Positions 49,317 through 60,353 of a stretch of 64,000 nucleotides of DNA are shown one piece after another. Position 1 is the stretch's first letter; each line of letters opens with the position of its first letter. Under the pieces are notes generated by a model, which made no database searches, was not told the origin of the DNA, and worked only from the letters and a program-made list of their open reading frames with translations. The stretch spans positions 160,001 through 224,000 of the forward strand of contig JBQTHB010000005.1 of assembly GCA_052390235.1 (NCBI GenBank), read 5' to 3'. The DNA comes from Deltaproteobacteria bacterium. Lineage in GTDB: Bacteria > Desulfobacterota_D > UBA1144 > Nemesobacterales > CSP1-2. The position numbers and the translations under genes are program-made.

Positions 49317-50072
49317 TCATGAATCCCTTATCTTGACACGCCTCTGCCTTGCCGCCTCATAAATCATTATCCCCGCCGAAACCGAGGCGTTGAGAGACGA
49401 AATCTCGCCCGGATTCGGAATTGAGACTATAAAATCGCACTCTTCGCGCACGAGCCGTCCAAGCCCCCTCCCCTCGTTTCCGACGACTACGGCTAGAGCG
49501 ACTTTGCCCAAATCCTCTTCAAACACCGATTTGGAAGCCGAGGCATCCGCGCCGACAATCCACACCCCGCGCCGCTTGAGTTCCTTCATCGCCGAGACCA
49601 AATTGACCACCCTAGACACAGGTGTAACCGCTGCCGCTCCAGCCGAGGCTTTCACTGCCGCCGCCGTAACCCCCGCCGCCCGGTCTTTGGGGATGATGAC
49701 GCCGTGCGCTCCGAGGGCGTTTGCGGATCTGATTATCGCTCCTAAATTCTGCGGGTCTTCGATGTGGTCGAGGACGGCGATAAGGGGATTTTCCCCCCTC
49801 TGGCCTGCGCGCTGGAAAATGTCGTCCATCGAGGCGTATTGAAAGTCCGGGATTCTAGCGGCTATACCCTGATGACTCCCCCCATCCGAAATTTGGTCGA
49901 GCGACTTGGGGGAGACGAAAGCGACGCGGACGCTTTTGGCTTTGGCGAGGGTTAAAATCTCGGCGATTTTCCCTCCCCCCCTCAGGTCTTCGGAGATTAA
50001 AACCTCCTCCACCACGCCCAATGCGGGGTTAAGCAAGGCTTCTTTAACGGGTTTGCGTCCGTAAATTATCAA
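49317..50072 (-). CDS. rlmB: 23S rRNA (guanosine-2'-O)-methyltransferase, TrmH/SpoU family
   Basis: IYGRKPV.EAL, HQG, DPQNLGAIIRSA, KASAGA, GNEGRG, SLNASV. Confidence 0.9.
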   Translation of the reverse strand: MIIYGRKPVKEALLNPALGVVEEVLISEDLRGGGKIAEILTLAKAKSVRVAFVSPKSLDQISDGGSHQGIAARIPDFQYASMDDIFQRAGQRGENPLIAVLDHIEDPQNLGAIIRSANALGAHGVIIPKDRAAGVTAAAVKASAGAAAVTPVSRVVNLVSAMKELKRRGVWIVGADASASKSVFEEDLGKVALAVVVGNEGRGLGRLVREECDFIVSIPNPGEISSLNASVSAGIMIYEAARQRRVKIRDS

Positions 50073-51466
50073 TTTTCCACGGGCGGCAGGGCTGAATCGG
50101 GAGAAACGGGGGACACCTGCCCCTCGGCGAGTCCGAATTCCCCTTCGGCTTCCCTGAGCTTATTTATGAGGTTATCGGCAATCCACTTATCGTCCCACCA
50201 CTCGACTGGGCGCACGGCGACGCCGTCAATGTACACCCCGTAGTGGAGGTGATCCCCTGCAGCAAGACCGGTCTCGCCAGTTCTGCCTATGGACTGCCCT
50301 TTTTTGACCGCATCGCCTACATTCGTGGTAATTGAACTCATGTGTCCGTAGAGGGTCATAATGCCGAACCCGTGGTCAATTATGACGGTGTTGCCGTAGA
50401 TGCCCAAGTCGCCGCTGAACAGGACAGCGCCGTCGTTTGCCGCCTCAATGGGATACTGCCTCGTTACGGCAAGGTCGTAGCCGAGGTGATATTGGAGGTC
50501 AATCGCCTCGCCGTTTAGGGTGTAGGTTCGCTCGTCGGCGAAATTCGCCTCAACCTGAGAGTTGCTGAGTTGATGAAAGGCTCTAGTCCAGAGAAATTTA
50601 CCAGCGGAGCTTTCGGCGAGCTTTTTAATTTGGGCGTCGTTGGATTGGCGCAAATTTCTGTTGACCTTGAGGAAGAAGTTTTTATACTCGCTCTCGTCGG
50701 CGGGGTCAACGCCTAAAATCGGGGCGATTTTTCTCAGTACGAAATCAGCGCTGATGTTAATTGTGCTTTTTTTGTACCTCGCCCCTCTGAGTTTATAGAA
50801 AAACCCCGCCTGCTTCTGGTTTCCCGCCCCGTCCTCGGCGACGACGTTCATAGGGGCGCTGGGGTCAACGTTATAGGGATAGGCGAAAAATGCGAGATAC
50901 ACGTCTGGCTGTTTGAAGTAGCCCCTGTGTCCGGGGAAGAAGTAATCCCCGATTTTGACCCCGCTTCGTACGGCGTCGTCGGAGGTTTTATATATGACAA
51001 GCCCCGAGCCTCCGTGATTTATGTAATGCTCGCGGCTGAGAATCTCGACCTTGGGAGGGGTGAAATCCACGGCAACTCTCTTATTGACGACGGCGCTATT
51101 GCCCGAGAAAAATCTGAGCTTGGAGCGGTCTTCGGCCCTTACGACAATTTCAGCCTCTCCGCCCTTGGGATTGAGGTTTTTGCGGTCTATCTCGACCGTG
51201 ATTTTGTCCTCTGTTACTCCGGCGGGGTAACTCTTATCGGCAATCAGCGTCTCGACGCCACCAGCAACGAGCGATACCGACGCCGATTTGAGTCCGCTCC
51301 CCTCGTCGCGTATCTCAACCTCGAACGGACGAAGCCCGATGTAGCCGGATGGGAGTTTTATATCCACTAAAGGGGCGCGCCACTCGAAAAGGGGAAAGTA
51401 GCGATACCCCCCTGCAACAATTCCGCCGATGAGAATCAAGTAGAAAAAATTCTTTAGCGTTTTCAT
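50069..51466 (-). CDS. M23 family metallopeptidase
   Basis: HLGYD (HxxxD), YGN, DHG, YGHM, GDHLHY; N-terminal TM. Confidence 0.9.
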   Translation of the reverse strand: MKTLKNFFYLILIGGIVAGGYRYFPLFEWRAPLVDIKLPSGYIGLRPFEVEIRDEGSGLKSASVSLVAGGVETLIADKSYPAGVTEDKITVEIDRKNLNPKGGEAEIVVRAEDRSKLRFFSGNSAVVNKRVAVDFTPPKVEILSREHYINHGGSGLVIYKTSDDAVRSGVKIGDYFFPGHRGYFKQPDVYLAFFAYPYNVDPSAPMNVVAEDGAGNQKQAGFFYKLRGARYKKSTINISADFVLRKIAPILGVDPADESEYKNFFLKVNRNLRQSNDAQIKKLAESSAGKFLWTRAFHQLSNSQVEANFADERTYTLNGEAIDLQYHLGYDLAVTRQYPIEAANDGAVLFSGDLGIYGNTVIIDHGFGIMTLYGHMSSITTNVGDAVKKGQSIGRTGETGLAAGDHLHYGVYIDGVAVRPVEWWDDKWIADNLINKLREAEGEFGLAEGQVSPVSPDSALPPVEN

Positions 51467-51683
51467 TAAAGAATCTCCTTGCAACGCTAGCGTCCGCGAA
51501 TTTAAAGCCGCATCTATTATAACCCATCCCCCAAGCTGAGTGAAGATACGGCGGTTTCAATCGGGCAGAAGAAGCGAGGGCGTTTCAGATTGGATTTGCG
51601 GTTAAAATCCTGCACCCGCGCATCTTGTATAAATGTTTGCGGTTAGTCAGAATTCCCTAACGCGCGCGCCGGAGATTCATCCC

Positions 51684-53678
51684 TTGCATCTACCCCTGCT
51701 GACTGAAATCACCACGATATTTGCCCTCTCGGTTCTAGTGCTGTTTCTGTGCAGCCGGGCGCGAATTCCGACCATCGTGGGTTTTCTCATTACGGGGGTG
51801 CTGGCGGGCCCGCACGGGCTTGGGTTGATTAAAAACATCTCTGGCGTTGAGGCCCTTGCCGAGTTCGGAGTAGTACTCCTACTTTTCACCATCGGAATCG
51901 AATTTTCCCTAAAGAGCCTCGCGCAGATTAAGAGAACCGTCCTACTCGGCGGCTCGCTTCAGGTGTCTCTTACTATACTTCTCACGTTTCTCGTAGCCTC
52001 TTGGGCGGGCGAGCCATTTGGCAGGGCAATTTTCATGGGCTTTCTCGTATCCATCAGCAGCACCGTGATAATGCTAAAAATCCTCCAGAGCCGAGCCGAG
52101 GCGGACAGCCCTCATGGAAGGGCAGGCTTGGGCATATCAATTTTTCAGGATATATCCTCGGTCGTGATGATTTTAGTCGCCCCGCTCCTCGCTGGAGCAG
52201 GCGGGGAGGTGGGCAAATCCCTAGCATTTTTAGTGGGCAAGGGGGTATTGGTCATAGCGCTCGTGGTGGTTTCAGCCAGGTGGATTGTGCCGTCCGCGCT
52301 GTACCGCATCACGCAGACCCGAAGCAGGGAACTGTTCCTCCTAGGGATAGTGGTTATATGCTTTGCCGTGGCGTGGCTAACATCCAGCATAGGGCTATCG
52401 CTCGCGCTGGGGGCGTTTTTAGCGGGTCTCATCATATCCGAATCCGAGTACGCAGAGCAGGCTCTGGGAAACATCACCCCGTTTCGAGACGTCTTTACGA
52501 GCTTCTTTTTCATTTCAATAGGGATGCTACTCAATATCGGATTTGTCGCCGATAATCTCTCATCAATTGCGATTATTACGGCTCTGGCGCTGATAATTAA
52601 AGCGGCGGCGGCGGGAGTGGCTGTAGCGGCTCTGGGACTGCCGCTGCGAATAACGGTTCTCACGGGACTGCTCCTCGCCCAAGTGGGAGAGTTTTCCTTT
52701 GTGCTGTCGAGAACGGGGATTGAGTACGGGCTTCTCGGCGGGGACATTTATCAGATGTTCCTCTCGGTCTCGGTGCTGACAATGGCGCTTTCGCCCCTGA
52801 TAATGGCTCTTGCGCCGGCGGCGGCGGATTTGATTATGAAACTGCCCCTGTCCGATGCTATAAAATCTGGCGCGAACCCAAACAGCGACGACGCAAACGG
52901 GGCGGACTCCCGCGAGGCGCCGCCCAGAGACCATATCATCGTCGTCGGGTTCGGCGTGAACGGCAGAAACCTCTCGAAAGCGGCAAAAGCGGCTTCGATT
53001 CCCTACACGATAATCGAGGCTAACTCCCAAACTGTAAGAGCCGAGAGGGCAAAGGGCGAGCCAATTCGCTACGGGGACGCCACTCAGGAGGCGACGCTTC
53101 GCCGGGCGGGGATTACCGAGGCGAGGGTGATGGTGATCGCCATCTCAGATGCCGCCGCAACGAGGCAGATAGTGGCGGAGGCGAGGGTTTTAAATCCGAC
53201 ATTCTGCATCATCGCCAGAACCAGATTTGTTCAGGAAGTAAAACCCCTCTACGGCTTAGGGGCAAACGAAGTCATACCGGAAGAATTCGAGACCTCGGTA
53301 GAAATTTTCACGCGCGTTCTCACAAAATATCTCATATCAAGGGGCGAAATAGAGAAATTCATCGCTGAAATCCGCTCGGACGGCTATGAGATGTTCCGAA
53401 GCTACCACACCCACGCCCCTACATTTTCGGATTTGACACTTAGCATCCCCGACGTGGAGATATGCTCGTTGAAAGTGGATAAACGCTCGCCCGTAGTAGG
53501 GCTATCCCTTGCCGAAATCAAGCCTCGCACCAGATACGGGGTCACGGTGCTTGCCGTGAGGCGCGAGGGGGAAATCCTATCCAATCCGGCGGGAGATGCC
53601 CGGCTTTTGGGGGACGATGTGATAATTACTCTCGGAAAGCCGGAGGAAATCGCCGAATTCGCCCGATTGTTCCAGTGA
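51684..53678 (+). CDS. CPA2 K+/H+ antiporter with TrkA-N and TrkA-C domains (KefB/YbaL-like)
   Basis: AEFGVVLLLFTIGIE, SST, FQD, LGAFLAG, QVGEFSF, GFGVNG RCK domain, C-terminal TrkA-C; TTG 51684 after GGAG. Confidence 0.9.
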   Translation: MHLPLLTEITTIFALSVLVLFLCSRARIPTIVGFLITGVLAGPHGLGLIKNISGVEALAEFGVVLLLFTIGIEFSLKSLAQIKRTVLLGGSLQVSLTILLTFLVASWAGEPFGRAIFMGFLVSISSTVIMLKILQSRAEADSPHGRAGLGISIFQDISSVVMILVAPLLAGAGGEVGKSLAFLVGKGVLVIALVVVSARWIVPSALYRITQTRSRELFLLGIVVICFAVAWLTSSIGLSLALGAFLAGLIISESEYAEQALGNITPFRDVFTSFFFISIGMLLNIGFVADNLSSIAIITALALIIKAAAAGVAVAALGLPLRITVLTGLLLAQVGEFSFVLSRTGIEYGLLGGDIYQMFLSVSVLTMALSPLIMALAPAAADLIMKLPLSDAIKSGANPNSDDANGADSREAPPRDHIIVVGFGVNGRNLSKAAKAASIPYTIIEANSQTVRAERAKGEPIRYGDATQEATLRRAGITEARVMVIAISDAAATRQIVAEARVLNPTFCIIARTRFVQEVKPLYGLGANEVIPEEFETSVEIFTRVLTKYLISRGEIEKFIAEIRSDGYEMFRSYHTHAPTFSDLTLSIPDVEICSLKVDKRSPVVGLSLAEIKPRTRYGVTVLAVRREGEILSNPAGDARLLGDDVIITLGKPEEIAEFARLFQ

Positions 53679-53824
53679 AACGGCTAGGCGGCGGCAAACC
53701 GGCCAGTGAACCCAGACACGAGAATTCCCATCCCCCTGAGCAGATTGGCAGCGCCCATATTGAGCGATGCTGCTGTGCCGCGCATCTTTTGAAATAAACC
53801 GCGCTTGATGATAAATTTAAGCCG

Positions 53825-54592
53825 ATGAAAGTGCTTATCCTCGGATGCGCCACCTCGACCGGAGTTCCTATAGTCGGATGCCCGTGCAGAATATGCGCCT
53901 CGACGAATCCGAAGAACACTAGAACGAGAACCTCCGCACTGATTCAAACGAGCGGGAAAAATATCTTAATTGACACCTCCACCGACCTGAGACAGCAAGC
54001 CCTGAGACACAAAATAACGAGAATTGACGCCGTCCTCTACACCCACTCCCACGCCGACCACACTCACGGCATTGACGAGCTTCGCACCTACAATTTCATC
54101 AATAAAATGGCGATTCCCTGCTTTGGCAGCCCCGAGACGGTGCGAAACCTCCAATCCAATTTCAAATACATATTCGACGGCTCTTACTCCGCCGGAGGAA
54201 AGCCCCTGATTCAGCTCACCGCGGTTAGCGAGGAATTCAGCGTCTGCGAGACCCGCGTTATCCCGATAGAAATCAACCACGCCCACTGGATGATTTTCGG
54301 CTACAGGGTGGGCAACGCGGCGTATCTAACGGACTGTAGCGGCATCCCTGAGGATTCAATGCGCAAGCTCGCGGGGCTGGATATTCTCATCCTGAGCGCG
54401 CTGAGGTATAATCCGCACCCGGCGCATTTCAGCGTCGAGCAGGCGATAGAAGTGGTCAGGAGGCTGAGGCCCAAGCTCGCCGTTTTCACACACATGGGGC
54501 ATGAACTTGACTACGACGAGCTTTCGGGGAAACTGCCCGAAGGGATTTTGGCGGCTTACGACGGCATGGAATTCGACATCCCAGAGGATTAA
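53825..54592 (+). CDS. MBL-fold phosphodiesterase (PhnP-like)
   Basis: LGCATSTGVP..GC.C..C, THSHADHTHGID, YLTD, AHF, FTHMGH, AYDG. Confidence 0.88.
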   Translation: MKVLILGCATSTGVPIVGCPCRICASTNPKNTRTRTSALIQTSGKNILIDTSTDLRQQALRHKITRIDAVLYTHSHADHTHGIDELRTYNFINKMAIPCFGSPETVRNLQSNFKYIFDGSYSAGGKPLIQLTAVSEEFSVCETRVIPIEINHAHWMIFGYRVGNAAYLTDCSGIPEDSMRKLAGLDILILSALRYNPHPAHFSVEQAIEVVRRLRPKLAVFTHMGHELDYDELSGKLPEGILAAYDGMEFDIPED

Positions 54593-54646
54593 TAGGACAA
54601 ATCACGACCCTCGCGGCAGGGGAAGCGCATTTAAGGAGATTCGCAG

Positions 54647-55870
54647 ATGCAGGACGCAATTCGAGGGCTGATTCAGGAGAATAAATCCAAACTCGTCCTG
54701 TGCGTGCTGGACGGGCTAGGCGGGCTTCCAGTGAACGGGAAATCCGAGCTTGAGGCGGCAGAGATTCCCAATCTCGATAAATTGGCAAAGCACGGCGCCG
54801 CGGGGCTTCACACGCCCGTAGCCGTGGGCATCACGCCCGGAAGCGGAGCGGCGCACCTTGGGCTTTTCGGCTATGACCCGCTCAGTTATGAAATCGGAAG
54901 GGGGGTACTCGAAGCCATCGGGATTGGAATCGAGGTCGGAGCGTCCGATATAGCCATCAGGGGAAATTTCGCAACAGTCAGCTACGCAGGAGCATCGCCC
55001 ATCGTAACGGACAGGAGAGCCGGGCGCATCTCAACGGAAGAGAACCAGAGAATCACGGCGAAAATCAGGGAAAACCTCGGAGAAATTGGCGGAGCGCGGG
55101 TTTCCGTAACCTCCGGCTTGGAGCATCGCATAGTGATTTTGCTGAGCTTCCCAAACCCTCTCCCTGCCGGCGCAGACGATATTCCCGACACAGACCCGCA
55201 GAGGGAGGGCAAATCCCCTCGCACCGCCGCGGCGAATAAGCCCCAAGCCCTGCCCGTCGCCGAAGCGGTCAATAAAACCGTGAGCCGAATCGCCGAAATC
55301 ATCAGAGACGAGCCGAAGGCAAACTACATTTTACTCAGAGGCGTGTCTCAGTACCCGAATCTCGCCGGTTTTAAAGAGGTCTATGGGCTTCGAGCCGCCG
55401 CCATTGCAACGTATCCCATGTACCGAGGAGTGGCAAAACTGGTTGGAATGGACGCGCTTGAGGTTCGAGACAACTCAATTGAGAGCGAAATTGAGACCCT
55501 CGCGCGGCATTTCGACGAATACGACTTTTTCTATCTCCACGTCAAGAAAACTGATAGCTACGGGGAAGACGGCAATTTCGAGGGCAAGGCGCGCGTCATT
55601 GAGCAGTTCGATGAGCTTCTGCCTCGAATTCTCAATCTCAAGCCCGATGTGCTGGCAATCACGGGAGACCATTCAACCCCCGCCATTATGAAATCCCATA
55701 GCTGGCACCCCGTGCCGATAGTTATCGCCTCGCCCTACGCCTGCGGGGGATGGAGCGAGGGATTCTCAGAGAGGGAGTGTCTCAAAGGGGAACTCGGCAG
55801 AATCAGGGCTGTGGAGATTATGCCGCTGATGCTTGCCCACGCGGGGAGGCTTCAGAAGTTCGGGGCTTAA
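54647..55870 (+). CDS. apgM: 2,3-bisphosphoglycerate-independent phosphoglycerate mutase (ApgM type)
   Basis: LDGLGG, PGSGAAHL..FGYDP, GRGVLEA, HVKKTDSYGEDG, TGDHSTP, HSWHPVP. Confidence 0.92.
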   Translation: MQDAIRGLIQENKSKLVLCVLDGLGGLPVNGKSELEAAEIPNLDKLAKHGAAGLHTPVAVGITPGSGAAHLGLFGYDPLSYEIGRGVLEAIGIGIEVGASDIAIRGNFATVSYAGASPIVTDRRAGRISTEENQRITAKIRENLGEIGGARVSVTSGLEHRIVILLSFPNPLPAGADDIPDTDPQREGKSPRTAAANKPQALPVAEAVNKTVSRIAEIIRDEPKANYILLRGVSQYPNLAGFKEVYGLRAAAIATYPMYRGVAKLVGMDALEVRDNSIESEIETLARHFDEYDFFYLHVKKTDSYGEDGNFEGKARVIEQFDELLPRILNLKPDVLAITGDHSTPAIMKSHSWHPVPIVIASPYACGGWSEGFSERECLKGELGRIRAVEIMPLMLAHAGRLQKFGA

Positions 55871-56064
55871 AAAATGGTGGTGAGTGATTAGTTTTACTTT
55901 ATGATGACGCTAAGCAATCGGCGCGAGAGGCGAGGCGTATGACCCCCCTAATCAATCCGACGCTCGTCCTGCTGAGCTTCTCGAGGCGCCGCCCAATGGG
56001 GGCTACGACTCTCATCCGGCGGATTCTATGAATTAAGCGCGCTCTGTTGTAAAATGTCGCCTCA

Positions 56065-57390
56065 ATGAGCGATAAAATAATCACCGTCGTAGGGGGCGGG
56101 CTTGCAGGGGTTGAGGCGGCGCATCAAATCACAAAATTCGGCTTAAGGGCAAGGCTCATCGAGATGAGACCCGCAATTAGGACCGAAGCCCACGGGAGCG
56201 CGAATTTCGCCGAGCTTGTCTGTAGCAACTCGCTTAAATCCGACTCCACGGACAATGCGGCGGGGGTTCTCAAGCGGGAGATGCGGCATCTAGGCTCAAT
56301 TGTGCTTGAGGCGGCAGATGCGACGAGAGTTCCCGCAGGCAAAGCCCTTGCCGTTGACCGCGAGAAATTCTCCGCGCTCCTCACGCGAAAAACCGAACAG
56401 AACCCGCTCGTTGAAGTCCAAAGAGCGGAATTTACGAAAATCCCCGATTTGCCCGATAGCCCCGTCGTCATCGCCACAGGGCCCCTCACATCCAAAGCCC
56501 TGTCGGATGAAATTGCCAGAATCACAGGCTCATCGCACCTCTATTTCTACGACGCCATCTCGCCCATTATTGACGCTGAAACCATTGACATAGACGCCGC
56601 ATTTCGGGCTTCGCGCTACGAAGAGGGAGACGAAGCCGGCGGGGATTACCTCAACTGCCCAATGAACCGCGAGGAGTATTATCAATTCATTGACGCGCTC
56701 ATCGGAGCGGAGAAAATCGAGGCGAGAGACTTTGAAAAGGCGCTCTACTTCGAGAGTTGCCTGCCAATAGAGGTCATGGCTGAACGCGGGCGGGACACCC
56801 TTAGGTTTGGGCCCATGAAGCCTGTGGGCATTATAAATCCCCGCACAGGGAAAATGCCATTTGCAGTGGTTCAGCTTCGGATGGAGAACCGCGAAGGCTC
56901 GATGTACAACATGGTGGGTTTTCAGACAAAGCTCAAATACCCGGAGCAGAGGAGGATTTTTGGGATGATTCCGGGGCTTCAGAAGGCGGAGTTCATGCGC
57001 CACGGGAGCATACACAGAAACACCTTTATAAATTCGCCGACGCTGCTCCTGCCGACGCTAGAGCTTCGGGGGCGCAGGGGAATCTTCTTCGCTGGACAGA
57101 TTACCGGCGTCGAGGGATATACCGAGTCCGCCGCTATGGGGATTATCGCGGGGATTAACGCGGCAAGGGTTTTATTGGGCAGAGAGCCTATAACCCCGCC
57201 CGGCGATACCGCGCTCGGCTCGCTGATAAGATATATCACCGACGGGAGCGTTAAGAATTTTCAGCCCATGAATATCAATTTTGGGCTATTTCCGCCGCCG
57301 CCGCAGGGAGCGAGAAAATCCGACAGAAAAAAATCAATAGCCGAGCGGGCTCTTGCCTCCATTGATGACTTCGCGGCGTTTAGGGATTAA
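56065..57390 (+). CDS. trmFO: Methylenetetrahydrofolate--tRNA-(uracil-5-)-methyltransferase
   Basis: [58 protein letters not shown]. Confidence 0.96.
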   Translation: MSDKIITVVGGGLAGVEAAHQITKFGLRARLIEMRPAIRTEAHGSANFAELVCSNSLKSDSTDNAAGVLKREMRHLGSIVLEAADATRVPAGKALAVDREKFSALLTRKTEQNPLVEVQRAEFTKIPDLPDSPVVIATGPLTSKALSDEIARITGSSHLYFYDAISPIIDAETIDIDAAFRASRYEEGDEAGGDYLNCPMNREEYYQFIDALIGAEKIEARDFEKALYFESCLPIEVMAERGRDTLRFGPMKPVGIINPRTGKMPFAVVQLRMENREGSMYNMVGFQTKLKYPEQRRIFGMIPGLQKAEFMRHGSIHRNTFINSPTLLLPTLELRGRRGIFFAGQITGVEGYTESAAMGIIAGINAARVLLGREPITPPGDTALGSLIRYITDGSVKNFQPMNINFGLFPPPPQGARKSDRKKSIAERALASIDDFAAFRD

Positions 57391-57496
57391 TTTTGCGCGC
57401 TATCATGCCTCGAGGCAATTTATTGCCGCAGATGCGCGTACTGCGGGGTCAAGCCAATTAATCTTCGTTAAACTTCTAAAGCCTAAAGGGGAAACG

Positions 57497-58561
57497 ATGA
57501 GCAGATTCATCAGAAAATCATCGGAGAAAATCGGAAAGCATCCGGGCGCGCTTGTTTACGTCGGCGATAGAAAAGTCGAAAAAGTAAGGATTCGCCTTAT
57601 TAACTACGACGCGGCGACGCTCCGCGAGGAGCAGTTCAACTCCATAGAAGAGGTTTTCAACTGCCGCAACACAGCCGCCGTGTCGTGGATAAACATTGAC
57701 GGACTGCACGATGTCGAGGTTATAGAGAAAATCGGAGGGCATTTCAATCTCCATCCGCTCCTGCTCGAAGACGTGCTGAACACCGAACAGCGCCCGAAGA
57801 TAGAAGATTACGGCCACTGCCTGTTCATCGTGCTTAAGATGCTCGAATACAACGATAAAAAAGAGAGAATCGAAGCCGAGCAGATGAGCCTAGTCCTCAT
57901 GCCCAGCGTGGTCATCACGTTTCAGGAAAACTACGGAGACGTTTTCAACCCCCTGCGCGGGAGAATCAAAAACTTCAAAGGACGCGTGCGCGCCGCCGGA
58001 GCGGACTACCTCGCCTACGCCCTTATGGACGCCATAGTGGATAATTACTTCGTGATACTTGAGAGAATCGGCGACAAAATCGAAGAAATCGAGGGGGAAC
58101 TCCTGTCGAACCCCACGGAAAGGACGCTTGCCAAGCTCCAGAAGATGAGAAAAGAGATGCTCCTTCTGCGCAAATTTGTCTGGCCCCTCAGGGAAATCGT
58201 AAGCGCCCTTCAGCGCGAGGAGTTCTCGCTGATTGATAAGGCGAGCGCCGCCTACATAAGAGACCTCTACGACCACACGATTCAGGTGATTGACACCATT
58301 GAAGCCCTAAGAGACGTGCTTTCGGGGATGGTGGATATTTATCTCTCAAGCACAGGGAACAGGATGAACGAGGTTATGAAGGTGCTGACAATTATCTCGA
58401 CCATATTCATACCGCTCACTTTCGTAGCCGGGGTGTATGGGATGAATTTCAGATATATGCCGGAGCTTTCGGAGAGGTGGGGGTATCCGGCGGTGCTGGG
58501 GATAATGCTCGCCGCGGGGTGCGCTATGCTGCTGTACTTCAGGCGGAAAAAATGGCTGTGA
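57497..58561 (+). CDS. corA: Magnesium/cobalt transporter
   Basis: LHPL..ED, QRPK.E, GVYGMNF signature, MPEL; ATG 57497. Confidence 0.95.
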   Translation: MSRFIRKSSEKIGKHPGALVYVGDRKVEKVRIRLINYDAATLREEQFNSIEEVFNCRNTAAVSWINIDGLHDVEVIEKIGGHFNLHPLLLEDVLNTEQRPKIEDYGHCLFIVLKMLEYNDKKERIEAEQMSLVLMPSVVITFQENYGDVFNPLRGRIKNFKGRVRAAGADYLAYALMDAIVDNYFVILERIGDKIEEIEGELLSNPTERTLAKLQKMRKEMLLLRKFVWPLREIVSALQREEFSLIDKASAAYIRDLYDHTIQVIDTIEALRDVLSGMVDIYLSSTGNRMNEVMKVLTIISTIFIPLTFVAGVYGMNFRYMPELSERWGYPAVLGIMLAAGCAMLLYFRRKKWL

Positions 58562-58808
58562 TGCGCAGCCTGCCCCGCAGCGAGAGCCGTTCGATGGATT
58601 CAGGGGGGCATTGCTAAACCATTTTACTGTGAGGCGCTCGCGATAATGTGGATTGATTCCGGGAAAAGCCCTGCGCAAAGTAATCGCAATATAGCGGATA
58701 AGGTGTAATATTATATGGAGAATATTGTGCTGGGGACAATTTATGAAGCTATCGAGCGCTGGCTATCAGGAAATTCAAGACACGTTATCCGTAACGATTA
58801 AGAGAAAC

Positions 58809-60137
58809 ATGACGCACTTTCTCCGTTTCAACATAGTAAAAAAGATGCTTCTTGGATTTCTACCTATTTCTCTTCTCATTATCGTCATCGGGATTTTCGC
58901 CCTTTCAAACCTCAACCGACTCAGCGTCATTAACGACAACATCACCAAAGGCGATCTGCCGCTCATTGAGACCCTCGATAAAATATACAATGGCTTAATC
59001 GCCCAGGAGGGCTACGGCAGGCGATATATTCTGCTCAAAAGCCCCGACACCAAAAACCTCTTCTGGGAAAAGAGCAGAGAGGTCGGCGCGCTCATTGAAG
59101 ATGCCAGAAAGCTCCGCCTGAGCGAGAGCACCTCCATTGAGCCTCTCGCCGCGCTCTACGCCGAGTATAACAATCTATTTGGCGAGAGATTTAAAAGCAC
59201 CGGCTCATCGGGCAGAAGGAGATTAGACGCTCAAATCAAAAAGAAGCAAGGGGAAGTGGAATCGCTTATCGAGACCATATCGGCTTCGGCGCGCCAGGGA
59301 CAAAGCGAAAAAGCCGTGATGATAGGCGACACCCTGAGTTCGGCGTTTCGTCTCACTTCAGCCCTCTGCATATTGGGGATTGTACTTGGAGCCGGGGCGG
59401 CTGTGCTTATTACGCGAAACATCTCCTCTTCCATCGGGAAATTAAGGCAGGCTACTGTGCAAGTGTCCGAAGGGAAATTTGATAACCTCCCCCAAGTCCA
59501 AAGCGAGGACGAATTGGGAGAGCTTTCGACGGCTTTCGGCGAAATGGCAAAACGCCTCAAACGCCTCGAAGAGATGTATCTCGACGCAAACCCCTTGACG
59601 CGGCTTCCGGGCGGGATAGCCATTGAAAATGTGCTTCAAAAACGCCTCGACTCAAGCGCTCCGGTTGCGTTCTGTCTGCCCGATATGAATAATTTTAAAT
59701 CCTTCAACGACCAGTATGGCTATGCGAGAGGGAACGAAGTCATACAAGCTACGGCTCACATCATTGAAGAAGCCGCCCGCCGCTACGGAGTGGACGAGGA
59801 TTTCGTGGGACACATAGGCGGAGACGATTTCGCGGTCATTACCACCCCCGACAGATACGAGAATATATGCAGGCACATCACCGAGACTTTCGATAAAATG
59901 ATTCTCGATTTCTACGACCCCGAAGACAGTATCAGGGGATATATCATCGGCTCAACGCGCCAGGGGCAGGAGATGTCGTTCCCGATTATGACCATAGCCA
60001 TCGCCGTAGTTACCAACACGAACCGAAGCATCAAAAGCCATCTTGAGGTCGGGGAGATTGCGGCGGAACTCAAGTCTTACGCCAAATCCCTTGCGGGGAG
60101 CAGCTGCGTGGTTGATCGCCGCAGGGAAAACGCCTAA
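58809..60137 (+). CDS. Membrane-bound HAMP-GGDEF (GGDDF) dinucleotide cyclase
   Basis: TM, helical periplasmic domain, TM, HAMP (EDELGELSTAFGEM), NPLTRLPG, DMNNFKSFND.YG, HIGGDDF. Start 58809 (alternative 58743). Confidence 0.9.
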   Translation: MTHFLRFNIVKKMLLGFLPISLLIIVIGIFALSNLNRLSVINDNITKGDLPLIETLDKIYNGLIAQEGYGRRYILLKSPDTKNLFWEKSREVGALIEDARKLRLSESTSIEPLAALYAEYNNLFGERFKSTGSSGRRRLDAQIKKKQGEVESLIETISASARQGQSEKAVMIGDTLSSAFRLTSALCILGIVLGAGAAVLITRNISSSIGKLRQATVQVSEGKFDNLPQVQSEDELGELSTAFGEMAKRLKRLEEMYLDANPLTRLPGGIAIENVLQKRLDSSAPVAFCLPDMNNFKSFNDQYGYARGNEVIQATAHIIEEAARRYGVDEDFVGHIGGDDFAVITTPDRYENICRHITETFDKMILDFYDPEDSIRGYIIGSTRQGQEMSFPIMTIAIAVVTNTNRSIKSHLEVGEIAAELKSYAKSLAGSSCVVDRRRENA

Positions 60138-60353
60138 GAGGGCTGCCAGAGTGTTACCTTTTTTTTCTCAGACTCGACGCATAAAAGCTCACTTCGGCCC
60201 TAGGTTGATTTATATAAAACCTGCGCCGAGGGCGAAAATATTCTATATTGTCGGCGAGTTACGCTCACATAGAAATTCCCCGCTAGGAGCGGCGCAAATT
60301 TTGAAATCAGTTATAATCATCGAACATAGAGTCAAAACGGATGGATTACTAAA

